From positions 40,364,001 through 40,428,000 of the forward strand of contig OZ249436.1 in assembly GCA_965235115.1 (NCBI GenBank): DNA of 64,000 nt, given 5' to 3'. This DNA comes from Laetmonice hystrix. Its lineage: Eukaryota. Below, one piece after another: positions 62,766-64,000 of the stretch. The notes below the pieces were generated by a model. The model was not told the origin of the DNA and searched no databases. It saw only the letters and a list, made by a program, of their open reading frames with translations. The position numbers were made by a program, and so were the translations under genes. The stretch's first letter is position 1; every line of letters starts with the position of its first letter.

Positions 62766-64000
62766 TAGGGTGGCTAAATGAAGACGGGAGAGCTGGGTGT
62801 GCAATGGCCTCAATTGCCAACGCAGCGGTAATTGAATGAAGCCAAGACACGTAGGGATAGTACCAGTCCTTGTAGCAAATTGCGAACTAGGTTAAATACA
62901 TTTTACAAGGTGGCAGTAGTGTGTCCGTAGCTGGTTCTTGACTTCAATTATCTGGCCCGGCCCATATTACGGAGCTTGTTGCATGATAAAGGGAAAAGAT
63001 TTCGCCCCATTATCTGGCTGAAGACGTCAGTTTGAACGTGTTTGAGATGTTTTGTTGAAGTCCTCCCTCCTTCTCCGAAGTCATGTTCTGGGTAGATAGG
63101 TTTTCGGGTAATGGAAGTTGGCGAATTGGTTATCTAGGCAAGTGCCTACTTACTTGGGGCCTTGGAAGTATGGCCAAGGATGTGGGCGGAACACATTAGT
63201 TGGTCCTAAACAAATTAATGGAAATCAGTGTTAGCACAGGATTGAGAGGAAGTGATGAGGCAGAGATGGTCATCCTACATGGAAAACCTAGGAACTGGAC
63301 TTGGATCTCATGTAATACGGTCAGTTGACCGACTTCCTTGAAACAAGAAACGTGTCATAAATAACCTTGTTTATTTATAGAAATAAAGGCACATTCTGTG
63401 TTACCAGACCAGAGATACCTTTCAAGATGTCCACAGAAGAATTAAACACCCAATATCCAAGACCTTGTACATTCCGAAAATGAGAAGGAAGGGGGGGGGG
63501 GGTCGGACTGATTTTTAGGAAAGGCACTTTTGATTCACATGATAATACTTGGAGGAGGGGTGGGTGGGTGGCGGCGTTTCATCTCACCTTCTCATTGAGA
63601 GTGTAGCAGTACCCTAATACTGATAATAATTAAACAACAAAAGGTTTAAAATAACAGAAAAATCGCAGCCTAACATTAGCTCCACCATAAAGACTGAATC
63701 CACTATGCAATGTTGTTTGCTATCGAATCGCAATATTCATTTTGATTGTCCAGAACTTATGGCTATGGTGGTGTATGTGTTTAGGTAATTGGTGTTTTTT
63801 TAATCAGTCGCCAGCCTCCCCAAGTTTTGCGTCCCTGATATAAAATATTTTGTTTAATGTCATCATTCCCTGTCTTTCCGGGAAGTATGCAGTCGAGTAT
63901 GCTGAAACCGTTGCCTGGCTTCTCGGACTTGACGATTGTCATGCCTGCCGCCTCCCAGGTACTAATGAGAAATCCCAATCCACGGCCTTCCATATCCGTC

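Noticed and set aside
62905..63765. miR-34-like (tggcagt, ~62911) and miR-219-like (tgattgtcca, ~63743) seeds
   Set aside because: Only the seed-proximal bases match; the mature sequences diverge and I saw no precursor hairpin.

Overview
This is eukaryotic (invertebrate animal-type) genomic DNA with spliced genes, not prokaryotic; almost all ORFs in the supplied track are spurious. Three spliced protein-coding genes can be reconstructed by hand with consistent splice phases. (1) A divergent tolloid/BMP1-like astacin metalloprotease on + (17 exons, 6155-30000; prodomain-astacin-CUB-linker-CUB-EGF-CUB-CUB-basic tail; signal-peptide exon not securely located). (2) UBFD1 on - (8 exons, 40535-35526). 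(3) POLR3H/RPC8 on + (5 coding exons, 43819-57353; 3' end not found and probably beyond the window), divergent from UBFD1. The most notable observations are: a 6.8 kb element in the protease intron with complete, near-perfect DIRS1-type terminal architecture (ITRs, right extension, two-part ICR, ATT junction) but no recognisable gag/RT/recombinase ORF; three minisatellite arrays that are amplified copies of the protease's own exon-intron junctions, including its zinc-binding motif; and an 8.8 kb U12-type minor intron in POLR3H with an in-frame competing U2 donor. The window also holds a tRNA-derived V-type SINE with 14-bp TSD, a Harbinger relic and many MITEs. All coordinates were counted by hand; no database searches were run.
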